From an uncultured Nitrososphaerota archaeon (GTDB taxonomy: Archaea > Thermoproteota > Nitrososphaeria > Nitrososphaerales > Gagatemarchaeaceae), in the NCBI GenBank assembly GCA_963718895.1, contig CAVRAG010000004.1, forward strand, positions 32,001-96,000: a stretch of DNA of 64,000 nt, given 5' to 3'. Of this stretch, positions 12,450-25,460 are shown in pieces. The notes below the pieces were generated by a model. It was not told the DNA's origin. It did not search any database and worked only from the letters and a program-made list of their open reading frames with translations. The position numbers and the translations under genes are program-made. Position 1 is the first letter of the stretch; the number at the start of each line of letters is the position of its first letter.

Positions 12450-13576
12450 TCATCTGGAGTAGGACTCCAGGAGGACGTCCGTCGCCCTGTCCCAGCTGAA
12501 GCGGGACATCGCACTCTGGAGCGCCGACGCGCCCATCGAGCTGGGCTGTGTCCGGGTTTGTCAATATGGTCGATAATCGCCTCCGCCAGAGCGTCGCGGG
12601 TCCCCCGGGGGGACCAGCAGACCGTTCTCTCCCTGCCTCACTATCTCAGGGATTCCGCCGTGGAATGTCCCGACCAGGGGCTTGGCGTGCATGGATGCCT
12701 CGATCAGAGCGAGGCCGAGACCCTCGTTGGCAGGGTCGGAGGCGACGTCCTTCGACGGGAGGACGAAGACACGTGCAGCGCTCATACTCCTGGTCAAGCT
12801 TGGGTCCGACAGGGTTCCCTTGAACTCCACGCAGTCCCGGAGGCCCAGCTGTTCCGCCAGCTTGACCAGATCTCCCATCTCCGGACCATCCCCCACGATG
12901 GAGAGCCGGGCATCGGGGAGACGCGACCTCACGATCGCGAACGCCTTCAGGAGGTCGTCCACCCCCTTTCTCGCGACCAACCGTCCCACGAACAGAACCG
13001 TGGGTGGAGAGCCAGCGTCCCGCGACACTGTTTTCGGGGGCTCCTCTGCCGCCCCGAGCAGGACGTGCACCTTTGGCCTGAGCTCCTGCGGGAGCAGGGA
13101 CCTCGTCGCCGTCGAATTCACGTCGATAGAATCGGCGAGGACAGTCGAGAAGCGGAAGAGCATCTGGGTACAGCACTTGTGAACTCGAAGTCCTCGCGTC
13201 CGAACAGGCTTATCACTGGTTTGGCCCCTGCCAACTTGGCGACGACGAGCGCGTAGACCCCAAGCAGGGTCGAGGATCCCGTGAACACGTGCACCACATC
13301 AGCTCTCGAGTCGATAACGCTCTTCGTCACGAGTCTGACGCTGTTGGGTAGATGCCGCATCCCTCCCGGACATGGGACGACCTCAGCACCAGGCGTGTCG
13401 CTCCGCACCACGGGGACGCGCCCGGCCACGAGCACCTTGACCCGGATCCCTCGCCTCGACAACCTGTCGACGTACTTTGATATCCTCGTCTGGATGCCGC
13501 CAACCTCTGGCGGGAAGTGATAGGTAAGATAGACAACGGAGCGAACGGTTGGCATCGGAATCCACCTGGTCCTCAA
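12450..13576 (-). CDS. GT4 family glycosyltransferase (frameshifted)
   Basis: YHFPPEVGGIQT, FVGRLVARKG, EGLGLALIEASMHAKP, RFSWD. Confidence 0.85.
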
Positions 13577-13577
13577 T

Positions 13578-14895
13578 CTATCCTGTCTGCGACGGGGCGA
13601 TCATCTGACTCGGTCCGTCTTCCCTCTCGATTACCACGCCCACGCGCGACGGCGAGCAGAGGACCTCGCCGGACTCCAACCTGGGATTGATCTGGGCGTT
13701 CGCCCGAAGCTGCCACCAGCTCGGCGCACTCTCGAGCCGTAGCGACCCAGTACCCCTGCTTCTTTGCGGTCTCGAGGAGCGCCTTGAAGGTCCCGTAGAC
13801 GCTCGGAAACGTCTCGCGGTTGAGGTACGTGTTGTGGAAGTTCGCGACCAGGACCCCGTGATATCCTTCGACCGCCTTTCTGGTCTTCTCCAGCGTCTCG
13901 AGCTGCTCTCCCGCACCCTGGTCCTTGTGGAGGGAGGTCCAGTCCATGTAGCCCGTCGGCAGCTCGAGGATGGGGAGCCTCGACTGCTGGGAGAAGGGAC
14001 GGTAGGGGAAGCAGATGCCGGCTCTGAACCCGAAGAAGCGGTTGTAGTAGAAGGTGGCGTCGTACTCCAGCCCGGCGGCGGCCTCTATCTCCCACGTGTG
14101 CGGAGGCTCGAACTTCAGGATGTGGTAGCGCAGGCCCCTCGGGTCGAGCCCGATTCGCTTCCGGAAGAGGGCGATTTCATCCCTTAGCGATTCAGGGTCC
14201 TTGTAGGAGGTCTGCGCCCCGTGCAGGCCCACCTCGAAAGACTGCTTCTTCAGGATGTCAGCGCTCTGCTCCAGCAGGTCCTTGCCGCCGTAGGACATCT
14301 GAAAGAAGAAGGTGGACTTGAAGCCGTATTCCTGCTCGAGCGCGGCCGTCTCCGGGATGTTCCAGCCGTAGTCCTTCTTCCTGACCAGGGAATCGAAGGT
14401 CAGGCGCAGCAGCCTGAACGGGTTGGCCGACTGCCTCAGTACCTGCTTGTGGAACGGCGAGTAGTCGAACCAGTCGATGTCGTGGGTGAGAACGCAACAC
14501 GCCTTTGCCGAGCCGGGCCAGTACCATTTGCGGACGAGCGGGAGGTTCAGCGCGAAGAGACGCTCCCTCACGGCCGAGAGCAGCTTCTCTTCCTCCGCGT
14601 TGACGGCCAAGTCGAAGTTGTCTCGTCTGTCTGTCACCTCCCCTCCAGCAGTGAGAGCACGAGGTCGAACGCGACGATCTTCTCGGCTATGATTACGTCA
14701 GACTCTGCGTTGCACGACCGGAGGGCGAGGGAGTAGGCTTCCTCCGAGTACCTGGATATCAGGACGACTGGATACTTTCGTGGTTCGCCCTCTCGATCCC
14801 ACGACTCGGTAGGCCAGCCCGTGGTGGTCGAGCATCTCGCAGAGCAGCTCGTCGTAGATGGAACCTTGCGGAACGACGCCGATGGTCAGGTCCAA
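13578..14895 (-). CDS. Polysaccharide deacetylase (NodB/CE4-like) with N-terminal extension (frameshifted)
   Basis: LTHDID, STFFF, EVGLHG, GLRYHIL, GFRAGICFPY, ANFHN. Confidence 0.85.
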
Positions 14896-14920
14896 TTCTG
14901 TCTCAGGTCTCCCGCGTGCG

Positions 14921-15902
14921 TCATGATCTGGCCGGTGACCTCGGACAGCTCAAAGCCCCCTCGCGTACTGGACGTACTCTCTCAGGCCCGCCTCGAGGGA
15001 GACGCTCGGCTCGTAGCCTATGACCTCCTTCGCCCTGCGTGTTGTCCGAGACGAGTCTCCTGATGTCCCCCGGTTTCGGTTCGGCGTAGACGAGCGGGGC
15101 TTCGTATCCGCACGCCTTCATGACCATGAGCGCCAGGGCTTCGATGCTCACCTCGTCGCCTCCTCCGCCGATGTTCATGATCTGGCCGGCGGAACGGGCG
15201 CTCTTGTAGGCGAGCAGGTTCGCTGCGACGACGTCCCTCACGTTCAGGAAGTCGCGCGTCTGCTTCCCGTCCCCGAAGATCCTCAGCGGCTGCTTCCGGA
15301 GGGCCCTCGAGACGAAGATTGGGATCACCCCCATCTCCTCGTTGACGGTCTGCCTCGGTCCGTAGACGTTGAAGTACCTGAGCGCGACCACGTCCAGCCC
15401 GTAGTTCCTGAAGTACATCGAGCAGTAGAGCTCGGACGTGAGCTTGCTCACGCCGTAGGGCGAGATGGGGTTGAGCGGATGGTCCTCCGAGATCGGTATC
15501 TTGGTCGGATTGCCGTAGACGCTCCCGGACGAAGCGTGCACGAGCTTCACGTCGTGCTTCCTGGCGTATTCGAGCAGCCGAATCGTCCCACCGGCGTTCA
15601 CCAGTCAGGTCCGTCACAGGGTCGACGAACGAGGGGAGGAGCGCCCTCGCTGCCTCGTTGAAGACGCCGTCGAGCTTGCCCAGAGAATCGAAGTCGAAGG
15701 TCCGCACGTCTCCCTGCAGCAGTTCGAGGGAGCTTTCGACGCCCGAGAGGTTGGCGCTCTTTCCGTTCGAGAGGTCGTCCAAGACGACGACCCTGGCCCC
15801 CAGGGCGAGCAGCCGCTCGGCGATGTGCGAGCCGATGAAGCCGCTCCGCCGACGACCAAGAACCTCTTGCCCCGGAACGCCTCGGCGAGGCTCTGATTGC
15901 AT
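14921..15902 (-). CDS. NAD-dependent sugar epimerase/dehydratase (GalE/WbpP-like; frameshifted)
   Basis: GFIGSH, PISPYGVSK (YxxxK), LRYFNVYGPRQ, GDGKQTRDF. Confidence 0.9.
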
Positions 15903-17048
15903 CTACGCCGCGACCTCCCGGTACAAGGACGTGAGCTTGTCGATCATCGAGTCGAGAGTGTAGCGCTCCTCGACGGCCCGCCTGGCGTTCGTTTCCAGGG
16001 TCTTGAGATACGTCGGGTCGGTGGCGAGCCTTTTCAACTCGGAGGCCAACCGGGCGCCGTCCTCCGGCTGCATCAGGATCCCAACCCCGTCCGCGAGCAC
16101 GTCAGGGATGCCACCCGGCACGTTCGTCGATATCACCGCCTTGCCGCAGCTCAGGCCCTCGAGCACCGTGCAGGATATCGGCCCTCCGACGTTGGAGGGC
16201 AGGACAACGATGTCGGAACTCCTGTAGAGCTCGAGCAGACGGGCGTCGTCTCTACGGGACCCCTGAACTGTACTGCGCCGTCCAGGTTCAGGCCCTGCAC
16301 GTACTTCTTGTACTCCGGGGCCCTCGGCCCGCTACCCACGAGGACCAGCCTCATGCTCCGGGACCTTGCTGTGGGCGGCCACGAAGGCGTTGAGCAGACA
16401 CGTGACCCCCTTGATCTCGGAGAGCGCGCCGACGAAGAGGACCTGGGGCGCGCCACCCTCCTTCGGAGGCACCCAGAACTTCTCCTGGTCGACTCCCGTG
16501 TGGACGATCCGAATCTTGTCCTTGAGCTGAGGGCCATAGATCCTCAGCATGTAGTCCTTCACCCCCTGGGACTGGGCGATGACGACGTCGCAGTGGTTCA
16601 GGACGAACTTCTCGAAGATAGTGATGAACATCATCTCGCGCTGGCTCTTCCACCACAGATTCCTGGGCCAGAGCAGCTCCGTCCCGTGGGTCGTGACGAT
16701 CAGCGGGACGCCGAACATGTACTTGCTGGGGAGCGCCGCCAGACCTGCCGCGAGCCCGTGGACGTGGATGACGCTGAACCGCTCCTTCCTCTGGAGCGCT
16801 ATGATCATCATCATCTGCTCGAGCATAAGCCTGACCTTGTTGAGGAGCGTACCGCCGCGGAACGAGTAAGAGGAACGGCGGACGTGGATGCCCTCGAAAG
16901 TCTCTTCCTGTTTGGTGCCTTCGATACCCCTCGTCACCAGGTAGACATCGTTCCCCCGCTGCGCGAGCTTCCGCGCGTGGTCGTAGACGCACCTCGTCGA
17001 CCCGTCAATCTTCGGGTAGAACGATGACGACACGAGCAGGATTTTCAA
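15903..17048 (-). CDS. GT4 family glycosyltransferase (frameshifted)
   Basis: KILLVSSSFYPKIDG, TTHG, FVGALSEIKG, LEGLSCGKAVISTN. Confidence 0.85.
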
Positions 17049-17069
17049 TTCAGGACCCCTCTCCCGGAT

Positions 17070-18298
17070 TCATCTGGCCAGGACCTCGCCGTAGATCGAG
17101 TCGATCCTTGCGGCGACGGCCTTCCAGGTGAAATCGCGGACGACCTTTTGCCTTCCAGCCCTTCCCATCCTTCGCGCCAGTCCTTCGTCCTGGAGAACCG
17201 TCACTATCGCCCTCGCCAGGTCGGCCGGGTCGGCGAAGTTCACCAGGTAGCCGTTGACTCCGTCCTCTATCGAGTCCTGTGTGCCGCCCATCCGCGAGGA
17301 GATCGCCGGCCTCTCGCACGCCATCGCCTCTATCAGGACCTTCGGGAACGCCTCGTAGTAGGATGGCAGGACGAGCACGCTCGACATCGAGTAGTAGTTC
17401 GGCAGTCTCTCGTTGGGGACGCGGTCAAGGAGTATGACCTTCCCGACCAGGTCGTTCTGCTCGATCGAGCCCATTAAGGTAAGACCAGTAGTCCCTCTTC
17501 GGGAGCCAGGAGGGGACTCCGCCGACGCAGACCAGCATCGAGTTCGGGACCTCCTTCGTGACCGCCTTCATCGCCCGGATGAGGAACGGTATGCCCTTCC
17601 TCAGTCCGAAATGACCCACGTAAAGGACGACCTTCTTCCCTTCCACCGAGCCTTCTCGGGGAAATCCGGGTTCTCGATCGGCCTGAACAGGTCCGAGTCG
17701 ACGCCATTGTAGACCAGCCTGATCTTGTCGTCCGGAATCCCGTATCGGCGGCTGAGGTCGGACTTCACGGACGTGCTCACGGCAGCTATCCTGTCTGCCG
17801 CCGACCAGAGCGCCTTCTCCCTGATGAACGAGGTCGTCACACCCCAGCGCGAGTATCCGACTCTTATGCCCCCGAAGGCGAGCACCGTCGGGCGTGGCCA
17901 CCGAGTAGGTCGTCCCGTGGACGTGGGAGACGACCGGAGCGCTCATTGTCCGCTTGGTCGCGGCCAGGAAGGCTCCGGTCGTCGAGTGCGTGTGGACGAC
18001 GCTCGGCGAACCGCTCTTCGTCAGCTCGCGAAGCTTGGTCAGAGCGTTCAGCGTGAAGGGGTTTCCCACCCTGTGCACCTTGACACCGTCGTCCGTCTCG
18101 AGTGCCGGTTCGTTCGAGCGCCTCCGCGCTATCACGTGCACATCGTGTCCGTTCATGGCCTGGACCCTGGAGAGGTTGTAGTAGACCGGCTGGAGACCGT
18201 AGGAAGCCTTCGCCGCCGCCCGCGTACTCCGGGACGATCCGGACGACGCGGGCGGTCGAGACCGTGCGGACCTCGGGAGGCTCTAGATATTGTTCCAA
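17070..18298 (-). CDS. GT4 family glycosyltransferase (frameshifted)
   Basis: GHDVHVI, VYNGVD, YVGHFGLRKG, PSYYEAFPKVLIEAMAC, FTWK. Confidence 0.85.
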
Positions 18299-19315
18299 GC
18301 TATCTCTCTTCCCTTGAATCTTCCTGACGAGAATCGTGACGAGGGCGATGGAGTATCCCATCGCCATGGAGAAGTTGCGAGTCATGACGAAGATCGGGAT
18401 AGCCGAGGAAGTTCCGCTTCCTCTCGACCACCGGCCACGCGATCCTCATGATTCTCAGGGTGTTCGCGACGAAGAGGAGCGCGACGAGGAGGATGACGAA
18501 GACCCCCCAGCAGCGGCGACCGTATCAAGAGAATGACCCCAAGGACAGTAACCCAGAACGGGGCCAAGGTCTTGAGGATATCAAGTATCCGGCGGTGTTT
18601 TATGGAGTAGAGGACCCTCGTCCTGCCTCGGGTGAACCACTTCTTGGCCAGCTGGGGGGTGGTCTGGTCCCTCCTGTGCCGCCAGTTGACCCCCGGCACC
18701 CAGGCCACCGCGTAATGGGCTTTCTCGAGCCTCCTGAAGAGGTCCTTGTCCTCCCCCTGGAAGAGCTTCTCGTCGAACCCGCCGAGCTTCAGCAGTACCT
18801 CCCTCCGGTAGACCCAGGCGTAGAACGGCTTGATCTTCCCCTGGTCCAGCAGCCTGTGCTGGACCTTGTTCTCGATGTCGATGGACTCGCGTTGCGAGCG
18901 TCGACCGGGTGATCAGTGGGGCGCCGGTGAGACAGACGGCACCTGCCTCCGGCTCCGAGTCCAGGCGCTCCACCGCCTTCTGCAGGTAGGACTCGTCATA
19001 GACGCAGTCGGACTCGGCAAAGAAGACGATCTCTCCCCTGGCCCTCTCGACCCCCACGTTCCTGGCGTGGGACGCGCCGCCGTGGTTCGTCTCCACGACG
19101 GTCACGTCCTTCCTGCCCGAAGAGAGGTCCGTCGCGACCTGCGTCCCGTCGGTCGACCCGTCGTCGACCAGGATTATCTCCCTGTCATGGTACGACTGCC
19201 GGTCCAGCTCTGCCAATACCTCGGCGACCTCACCTGCAGAGTTGTAGAGAGGCAGGACTATCGAGACCTTCGGCGTGCCGTTCGGCTCCTTGAGTTCGCG
19301 CTGTTGTGGAATCAT
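18283..19315 (-). CDS. GT2 family glycosyltransferase with C-terminal TM helices (frameshifted)
   Basis: KVSIVLPLYN, LVDDGSTDGT, ARNVG, FAESD, followed by a hydrophobic C-terminus. Confidence 0.85.
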
Positions 19316-19334
19316 CGATGGTCGACTCGCGGCG

Positions 19335-20564
19335 TCAGTTCGCTGGTGTTCCGTCGGCACTGACGACCGCCTCGAAGATGTCTCCAGCTGCTTCGCGACG
19401 ATACTCCAGGAGTAGTTGGCGATCACAGACTGCCTTCCCGCTGCGCCCACCTTCTCTGCCGCTCTCTGTCCTCGAGCATCCTCAGGATGGCAGAGCCAAG
19501 CGCCTTCGAGTCTCCCGGAGGTATGAGGTAGCCGGTGACCCCGTCCTGGATCGGGTCGGAGATCGGCTTCACGTCTGTGGTTATCACGGGCTTGCCGACG
19601 GCCATGTACTCGAAGACCTTGAGGGGCGACCCGAGACCGTGCTTACGGACCTGCTCGGTCGACTCAATTCTCTCCGGGTTGTAGGGCGCCACCAGCACGT
19701 CGCTTGCGTTCATGTACTTCGGGACCTGCTCGTACTGGATCGGGCCAGTGAAGATGAAGGAATCGGCGATCCCGGCCGCGGCGACCTTTCCTGGGTCTCC
19801 TTGTAGTAGGGTCCGACCATGAGGAACTTCACGTCGCTCCTTGATCGTGTAGGACTTCCTGCGCGGCCTCGATCAGCTCGCTCAGACCGTGCCATTCCTG
19901 GAACGTCCCGACGTATCCGACGACAGGCGAGTCGCCGAGGGAGTACCTCTCCCTGACCTCCTCGCCGGAGGCCGGGTCGGGCCTGAACGTCTCCGTATCG
20001 ACGGCGCCCGTCACGAGCACGACCTTGGAGGCCTGCTCCTTGCCCTCGAACATGCCCTTCGAGTAGGCGATTATCTTCCTGGACTGGCTCAGCTGAAGCC
20101 CCGTGACGCGGTTCCCTATCACCTCCAGGACGAGAGGCCTCCCGGTCAGCATGCTCGCCATCGCCCCCGCCCCGAAGGAGGTCTCCCTCTCGAAGATCAG
20201 GTCGATCGAGCTCTCCTTGACGACGCGGGCGACTTCCACGGCTATGTAGACCGGAAAGACCGTCCGGAGGTACGCCTCGTAGGACTTCCACAGCAGACGT
20301 CGAGGTGTTGCCCCGGTACGAGCCCCGCGCCTGGGTGTCTGAGAAGCTCGACCTCCTCGATGAGAAGAAGATGCCCCGCTGGAACCTGTGGATGGTGACT
20401 CCGTCGAGCATCTCGAGGCTCGGCTGGGACGAGTTGACTCGGCGGGCCACTACGTGCACCTCGTGACCAAGCTTGGCCAGGTTGCGGGCGAGCTCGTAGA
20501 CATGAGTGGAGGAGCCCCTGTAGTGGGGGACCGCGACGTCCGCCGCGACATAGCAGATCCTCAT
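19335..20564 (-). CDS. GT4 family glycosyltransferase (frameshifted)
   Basis: MRICYVA, YVGTFQEWHG, SPLKVFEYMAVGKPVI, YSW. Confidence 0.85.
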
Positions 20565-20581
20565 CGTCTTGATTCTCCAGC

Positions 20582-21200
20582 CTAGAGGAATGGAGGATGG
20601 TAGCTCCCCGGGACATAGTCGAACGGTTGCTTCTTCCTCTCGCCGATGACCTTGGCCGGATTGCCACCGACGACGCTGTAGGCGGGGACATCCTTGGTGA
20701 CGACGGCCCCGGCAGCGACGACTGCCCCCTCTCCTATTGTCACTCCGGCCAGCACGATCGCGTTGGTGGCAATCCACGCCCAGTCCTCGATCGTTATCGG
20801 CTCATACTTTGCCTCGAAGCTTCGGCGAGTTTACGTCGTGCTTGGCCGTTATTATCACGGCCCCGTCTGAGACGTTGACGTTTCTTCCCTATCTTGACCC
20901 CTCCTGTGCAGTACAAGGCTGGCCCTCCCCACGAAGCTCCCGTCTCCCAGCTCGAGCTCGTTCGGGCTCCCCAGGTAGACTCCTCGGCGGATCACGCAGC
21001 CCTTGCCGATCTTCATGCCGATCCTGCGGTACAGGTAGAGCCTCAGTCTCAGGCCGTGAAGCCGACCGATGTTGTATGCGAGTTTGGTTGCAAGGTACGA
21101 ATGCTTCGTGTTCCGGACTCGGGGAGGAGCGACGGCCGTGCCGATTCCCGTGCCGGTAGGTCGACCGGGCGGGTCCAGCCTCACGGTCGGATTCACTCAT
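20582..21200 (-). CDS. Left-handed beta-helix (hexapeptide) O-acetyltransferase (frameshifted)
   Basis: [11 protein letters not shown]. Re-read C-terminus [36 protein letters not shown]. Confidence 0.85.
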
Positions 21201-21203
21201 CGG

Positions 21204-21567
21204 TCAAGCACCGCGTGATGGTCTGTGGAAGTGATCGTAGGCGAGGAGGAATATCGTCAGGGCTGGGACTACCAACTTGATGGGAAGGGATCTCGCTGCC
21301 CGGTATGATTGTCTGGAGGGAGTACACAGAGAGAAGAATGCCGATGCTCCAGGCGAGCGTATAGAAGAGCGTCTCCAGGAGCGTGCCCGTGTTCCGAAGG
21401 AGCAGGGCGGCGAAGTATCCGGGCACGAGGATGAAATACGGCAGGATGATCAGGTTCGAGACCGTGGCGAATCCCGGGATGATGGTGGCCATCACGATTA
21501 TTGAGTAGACCACCACGACGGCATTGCGCAGCTGCTCCCGAGCGACTTTCAGGCCCGCGATTTCCAA
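21204..21567 (-). CDS. Small membrane protein, DUF1616-like N-terminal region
   Basis: Four hydrophobic segments with the LPYFILVPGY...LE..FY.L..SI pattern. Confidence 0.55.
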
Positions 21568-23690
21568 TTTCCTCTCACGTATTTCTCTATGGCTGCAAGC
21601 CCAAGGATCACGGCTGCGAACGCGAAGCCGGCGACGAGCCCAGGCACTACCGCTATGACGGTCTTGTCGGGCGTCATCTCGCCTACCCTGACTCCTCCGT
21701 CTCCTATCATCAGGGCGACGAGCAGCAGGCGAGCACGGTCGTCGTACGGCCCATCCTCTTCAGGTAGGCGAGGGGGATGAGACCGGCGAAGAAGAGAATC
21801 TTTCCCGCAGACAGGAGGTAGACGGGGCTGGCGTCCCCTCCCAGCGCCGCGCCGAAGCCGTAGATGAATCCCTTGAGCGAGAGCGAGTTTGAGAAGGCGG
21901 TCCCGAACGCATAGTTGCCCAGCGGGAAGAGGAGCAGGATGCCCTGGTACACATACTGTCCGATGTAGAGAGGATTGGCGAGGAGAATCAAGGCGACTCC
22001 GGCTATCAGGGCAAAGTCGGCCTTCTTGACCTGCAATCCTCCCTCCGCGCCCACCGCGCCCATCAGGACTCCGAGGAATCCTGCGGCCAGTCGTGGAGTA
22101 CTTCCCCCTCCGAAGCCCAGAAGGCCTATGGCCGTGATGTCGTGGGCGTCCGAGTTCACGGCGTGCAGCGAGAGAGGGACTGCAAGAATCGAGCTGGTAA
22201 CGACGTAGATGGTCTCGCTGAAGAAGAAGACGAATACGCCCGCTCCAATCAGCATGACCAGATGGGAGAGATCGGTCGTGGTGCGCGATTCGGAGGTGAG
22301 GGACCCGAGATACGCCCATCCCAGGAGGACGAGCACCATGGAGAGGACGGCCTCCACTGCGAGGAGGACCTTGAACTCCCCGTTGCTCAGGCTGATGCCG
22401 AGGATGTTGGTTCGCTGATTGAGTGAGAGCTGGAGCTTCAGCGTGGTCTGCTCCGGGCCCGTCAGGTTTGCCGCGTTCCCGACCGGCAAGACTTGGTCCG
22501 GGTAGAGATTCTTTATCAGAGTGTAGGTGATGGTATCGTCTGGCACGGTGTTGTCAACGACGATAACCGGAACGTTCCCTAGGTTCGGCAGGATGAAACC
22601 ACTTGTTTGGCCCACTGTTGGGTATAGTCTGAAAACACGAGATGTTGAACTGACCGACGCTCGACATCACGTTGAAGTCCGTGTAATCCTGCGTAGGGGT
22701 GAGGACCTGCACGTTCCCAAACATCGGCCTGGAGTTCGTTTCCTATCTGCTAGTGGTGGTCGGCTGACCAGCGATGACGTAGGCCTTCACTCTCGGGTCT
22801 GGGCCACCGAGGGCGCCCAAGGCCACCATCACCAATGCGCACAGAATGAAGAGTGCGAGCAGCTTCCGGGGCTGGAAGAGACCTCTGAACTTGAAACCCT
22901 TTCGCGACCCGAGGAACGGGATGGCTCCGGTGATGGCTTCGACTCCGCTCTTCAGCTGACTGGAGATGGCGTCGAACAGCTGCCTACCCTGCGCGAAGAG
23001 GTTGAGCGCCGCCAGAGCGACCACAGCCAGGGCGGCGACCGTGATAGCGATGCTGGCCGGCAGGAACGACGACGACTGGAATATGAGCAGTCCACCTATG
23101 GCGCGGCGAGTACGTTGTATGTCACCTGATCCGGCTCCGCTACTCGGTTGACCGAGACAGTAGCCGAGAGGAAGAGTTCACGCCCTTGCCGCTGTAGACT
23201 TGCGAGAGGATGGTTCCAGAAGGAACGGTGATGAAGAACGTTGGGGCTCAATGCGAAACCTGTAGAAGCTGACGACAACGGGACGCCGGCCAGATACCTC
23301 CAGAGAAAACTTGCCCCACTCTCATGACCCTTGCATGGTGATGCTGAAGGAACTGTCACTGGAATTGACATTGAAAGTGGTGATGTACTCGCCACCGGAA
23401 GGACCGGTCTGACTGGTTCGCGTTGAGTCCAGTTATCGTAGGCTTGAAGAGGGTAGTGATTGTGAAGACGTCCCGGAAACGAGCAGAGTGCTCCCGTTGA
23501 TTGAAACGGTGACTGGGTTCGTGTTTCCCCCGTAGACGTCGTACAGCGGCTGAACCTGTTCGGTTACAGTGAAACCAGTAAGACTGGAACCGCTGGAAGA
23601 CTGAGCGTGGGCTGGACTCGCAGAGAGAGCATCATGATCAGCATCAGCCCCGAAATCAGTCCCAAGAGAAGGATGCGGTGACCTGGCCAT
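21549..23690 (-). CDS. Large multi-pass membrane protein of unknown function with extracellular domains (frameshifted)
   Basis: Fragments 23433-23714, 22743-23024, 21710-22615 and 21549-22319 join into signal + beta-rich domain + about 10 TM helices. Tightly coupled to its neighbours. Confidence 0.6.
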
Positions 23691-23695
23691 GCAAT

Positions 23696-25460
23696 CTAGA
23701 CTACCGTCCTCCAAACAGAGACTATGTCAGCGCCCTCTCTCGATTAGCGACCTTCTGACCAGACGTCTCTGCTCAAGCTCTCTCAGCGACGAATCCAACC
23801 GTTCGGTGTCTGAGCGGCGCCGACAGACCCGCGCCCGACGCCAGCTCTTGGCCTGTCCCGGCGTGGTGCGCCTGCTTCAGCAGACCTGAAAGGTAGGACC
23901 AGTTCTCTGTGTCTGGGCAGACGCCATGGTAAGAAAGCGGTCGAGTCGCTCGTCCAGGAGGCTCGCACGATGCGCCGCCCACACTATGAGCGCCACAGAT
24001 GATGCAAGAAGCACGAACGTGCTCGCGAGCACTCCCCCCTGATCCAGCGTGAACAGGAAGTCCGTCCAGCCCGAGAACGAGGAGTCCCTCGTGATTCCGG
24101 GGAGCCACAGAGCATTCAGGTCCCCGAGGAACTGGGTGGTGTCTGCGGTCACGTTGGAGTTCCTGAACTCCCTCATGAAACCGAAGCCGACATAGTACTG
24201 CACGAACTGGCTGCCGTTCGATGAAGAGCATTGATGTCTTTCCCTGATAGGCCAGCATCACCCGGTCCGGGGCCACGTAGGTCGTCAGGTGACCCTGAAA
24301 CGGTCCGACCACGGTGAAGATGTTCGAGCCCCTGTTCCATCCTGGGATATCGTTGCCGAACGAGTTGTTGGTGTAGGGCGTTGGCAGAGCCGACAGTTCG
24401 TAGTAGACCGTGTAGTTCTTGGTCTCCGGATGATAGAGCGGCACGTACACCTGCTTTATGGCGTATGCGTCGTTCGTGAATTGGGGACTTGACACCGAGA
24501 TGCTCTCTGTAGACAGCCGTGGAGTTGATCTGCCAGCCTGGCGGCGTCGGCGGCGTGATCGTCCCCGAGTATCCGTGGGACGAGTAGTACGCGTCGTAGG
24601 GTATGCCTCCGGCGAACCCCAGCGCCGGTACCGTGGTGAAGATCAGCAGAGCAGCGACCGCGAGGACGGCCAGGAAGCCCCAGACGCCGACGTTCTCGCC
24701 CGTCCTGGGCCGCGCGAGCTTCGACCCGCAGACCGAGCAGAACCCGTCTGGGAGCAGGTGATGTCCGGGACACGCCTCCGCGGTCGCGCCGCTTGGCAGC
24801 GAAGCGAAGGAGCGAATCCTGTGGGACGAGGAGGGCGAGCAGAGGGAGGGGGACGAAGAGAGCTGTATCGACCTGATGGCCTGACAGCGGGAACGAGGTT
24901 TCGCTCCGAGCGAGGAGCCCCAGATCATGATCGCGAACGGGATGATCATCGCCTTCAACCGGAGTCCCACGAAGGTCAGGAAGAAGAGGAACACTAGGTC
25001 TGCGGAGAGGAATGTCACGACCTCCTGGTCGTTCGAGCCAGGGAAGAAGCCAACCGGAGGAACAGCCAGGACAAGATCGCCAGCAGCGGCGCGAGGGACC
25101 GGAGGATCCCGGTCCCTATCCTGAGAGCGACGTAGCCGACTGTCAGGAAGAAGAGCGACTCGTAGTGGTACCAGGCGCTATTCGCCGAGTAGGAACCGTA
25201 GACATAGAGCAGAGCGCCACGCCGAGGAAAAGGAGCCCCCAGATGAAGCTTATCTTCGAGAGCTCAAGGCGAGTCCTCAGGATTCTCCTCTTCAGCACCA
25301 CGCCGAGCAGGAACAGCGAGACCGTAACCGCGAAGAACGCTCCTTCGCCGTCCGAGATGATGAGAGTATAGAACTTCGAAAAATCAAAGAAATAGATGGC
25401 CACCAGTATCGGGACGAGCGTCAGCAGCTTGGTGACCGTCCCCGGGATGGTATTGCCCAC
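23696..25460 (-). CDS. Exosortase/archaeosortase-like membrane protein with Zn-ribbon, extracellular domain and C-terminal helical (wHTH-like) tail; catalytic core not found (frameshifted)
   Basis: Re-read N-terminus LLYVYGSY..AWYHYESLFF..GILRSLAPLL..LAVPP resembles exosortase N-terminal helices. CPGH..FCSVCG. Ends LRELEQRRLVRRSLIE..VSVWRTVV. Confidence 0.5.

Noticed and set aside
11622-13256. Long plus-strand ORFs antisense to the glycan cluster (also 15897-17027 and 32116-33075)
   Set aside because: Antisense shadows of clearly identifiable minus-strand genes.
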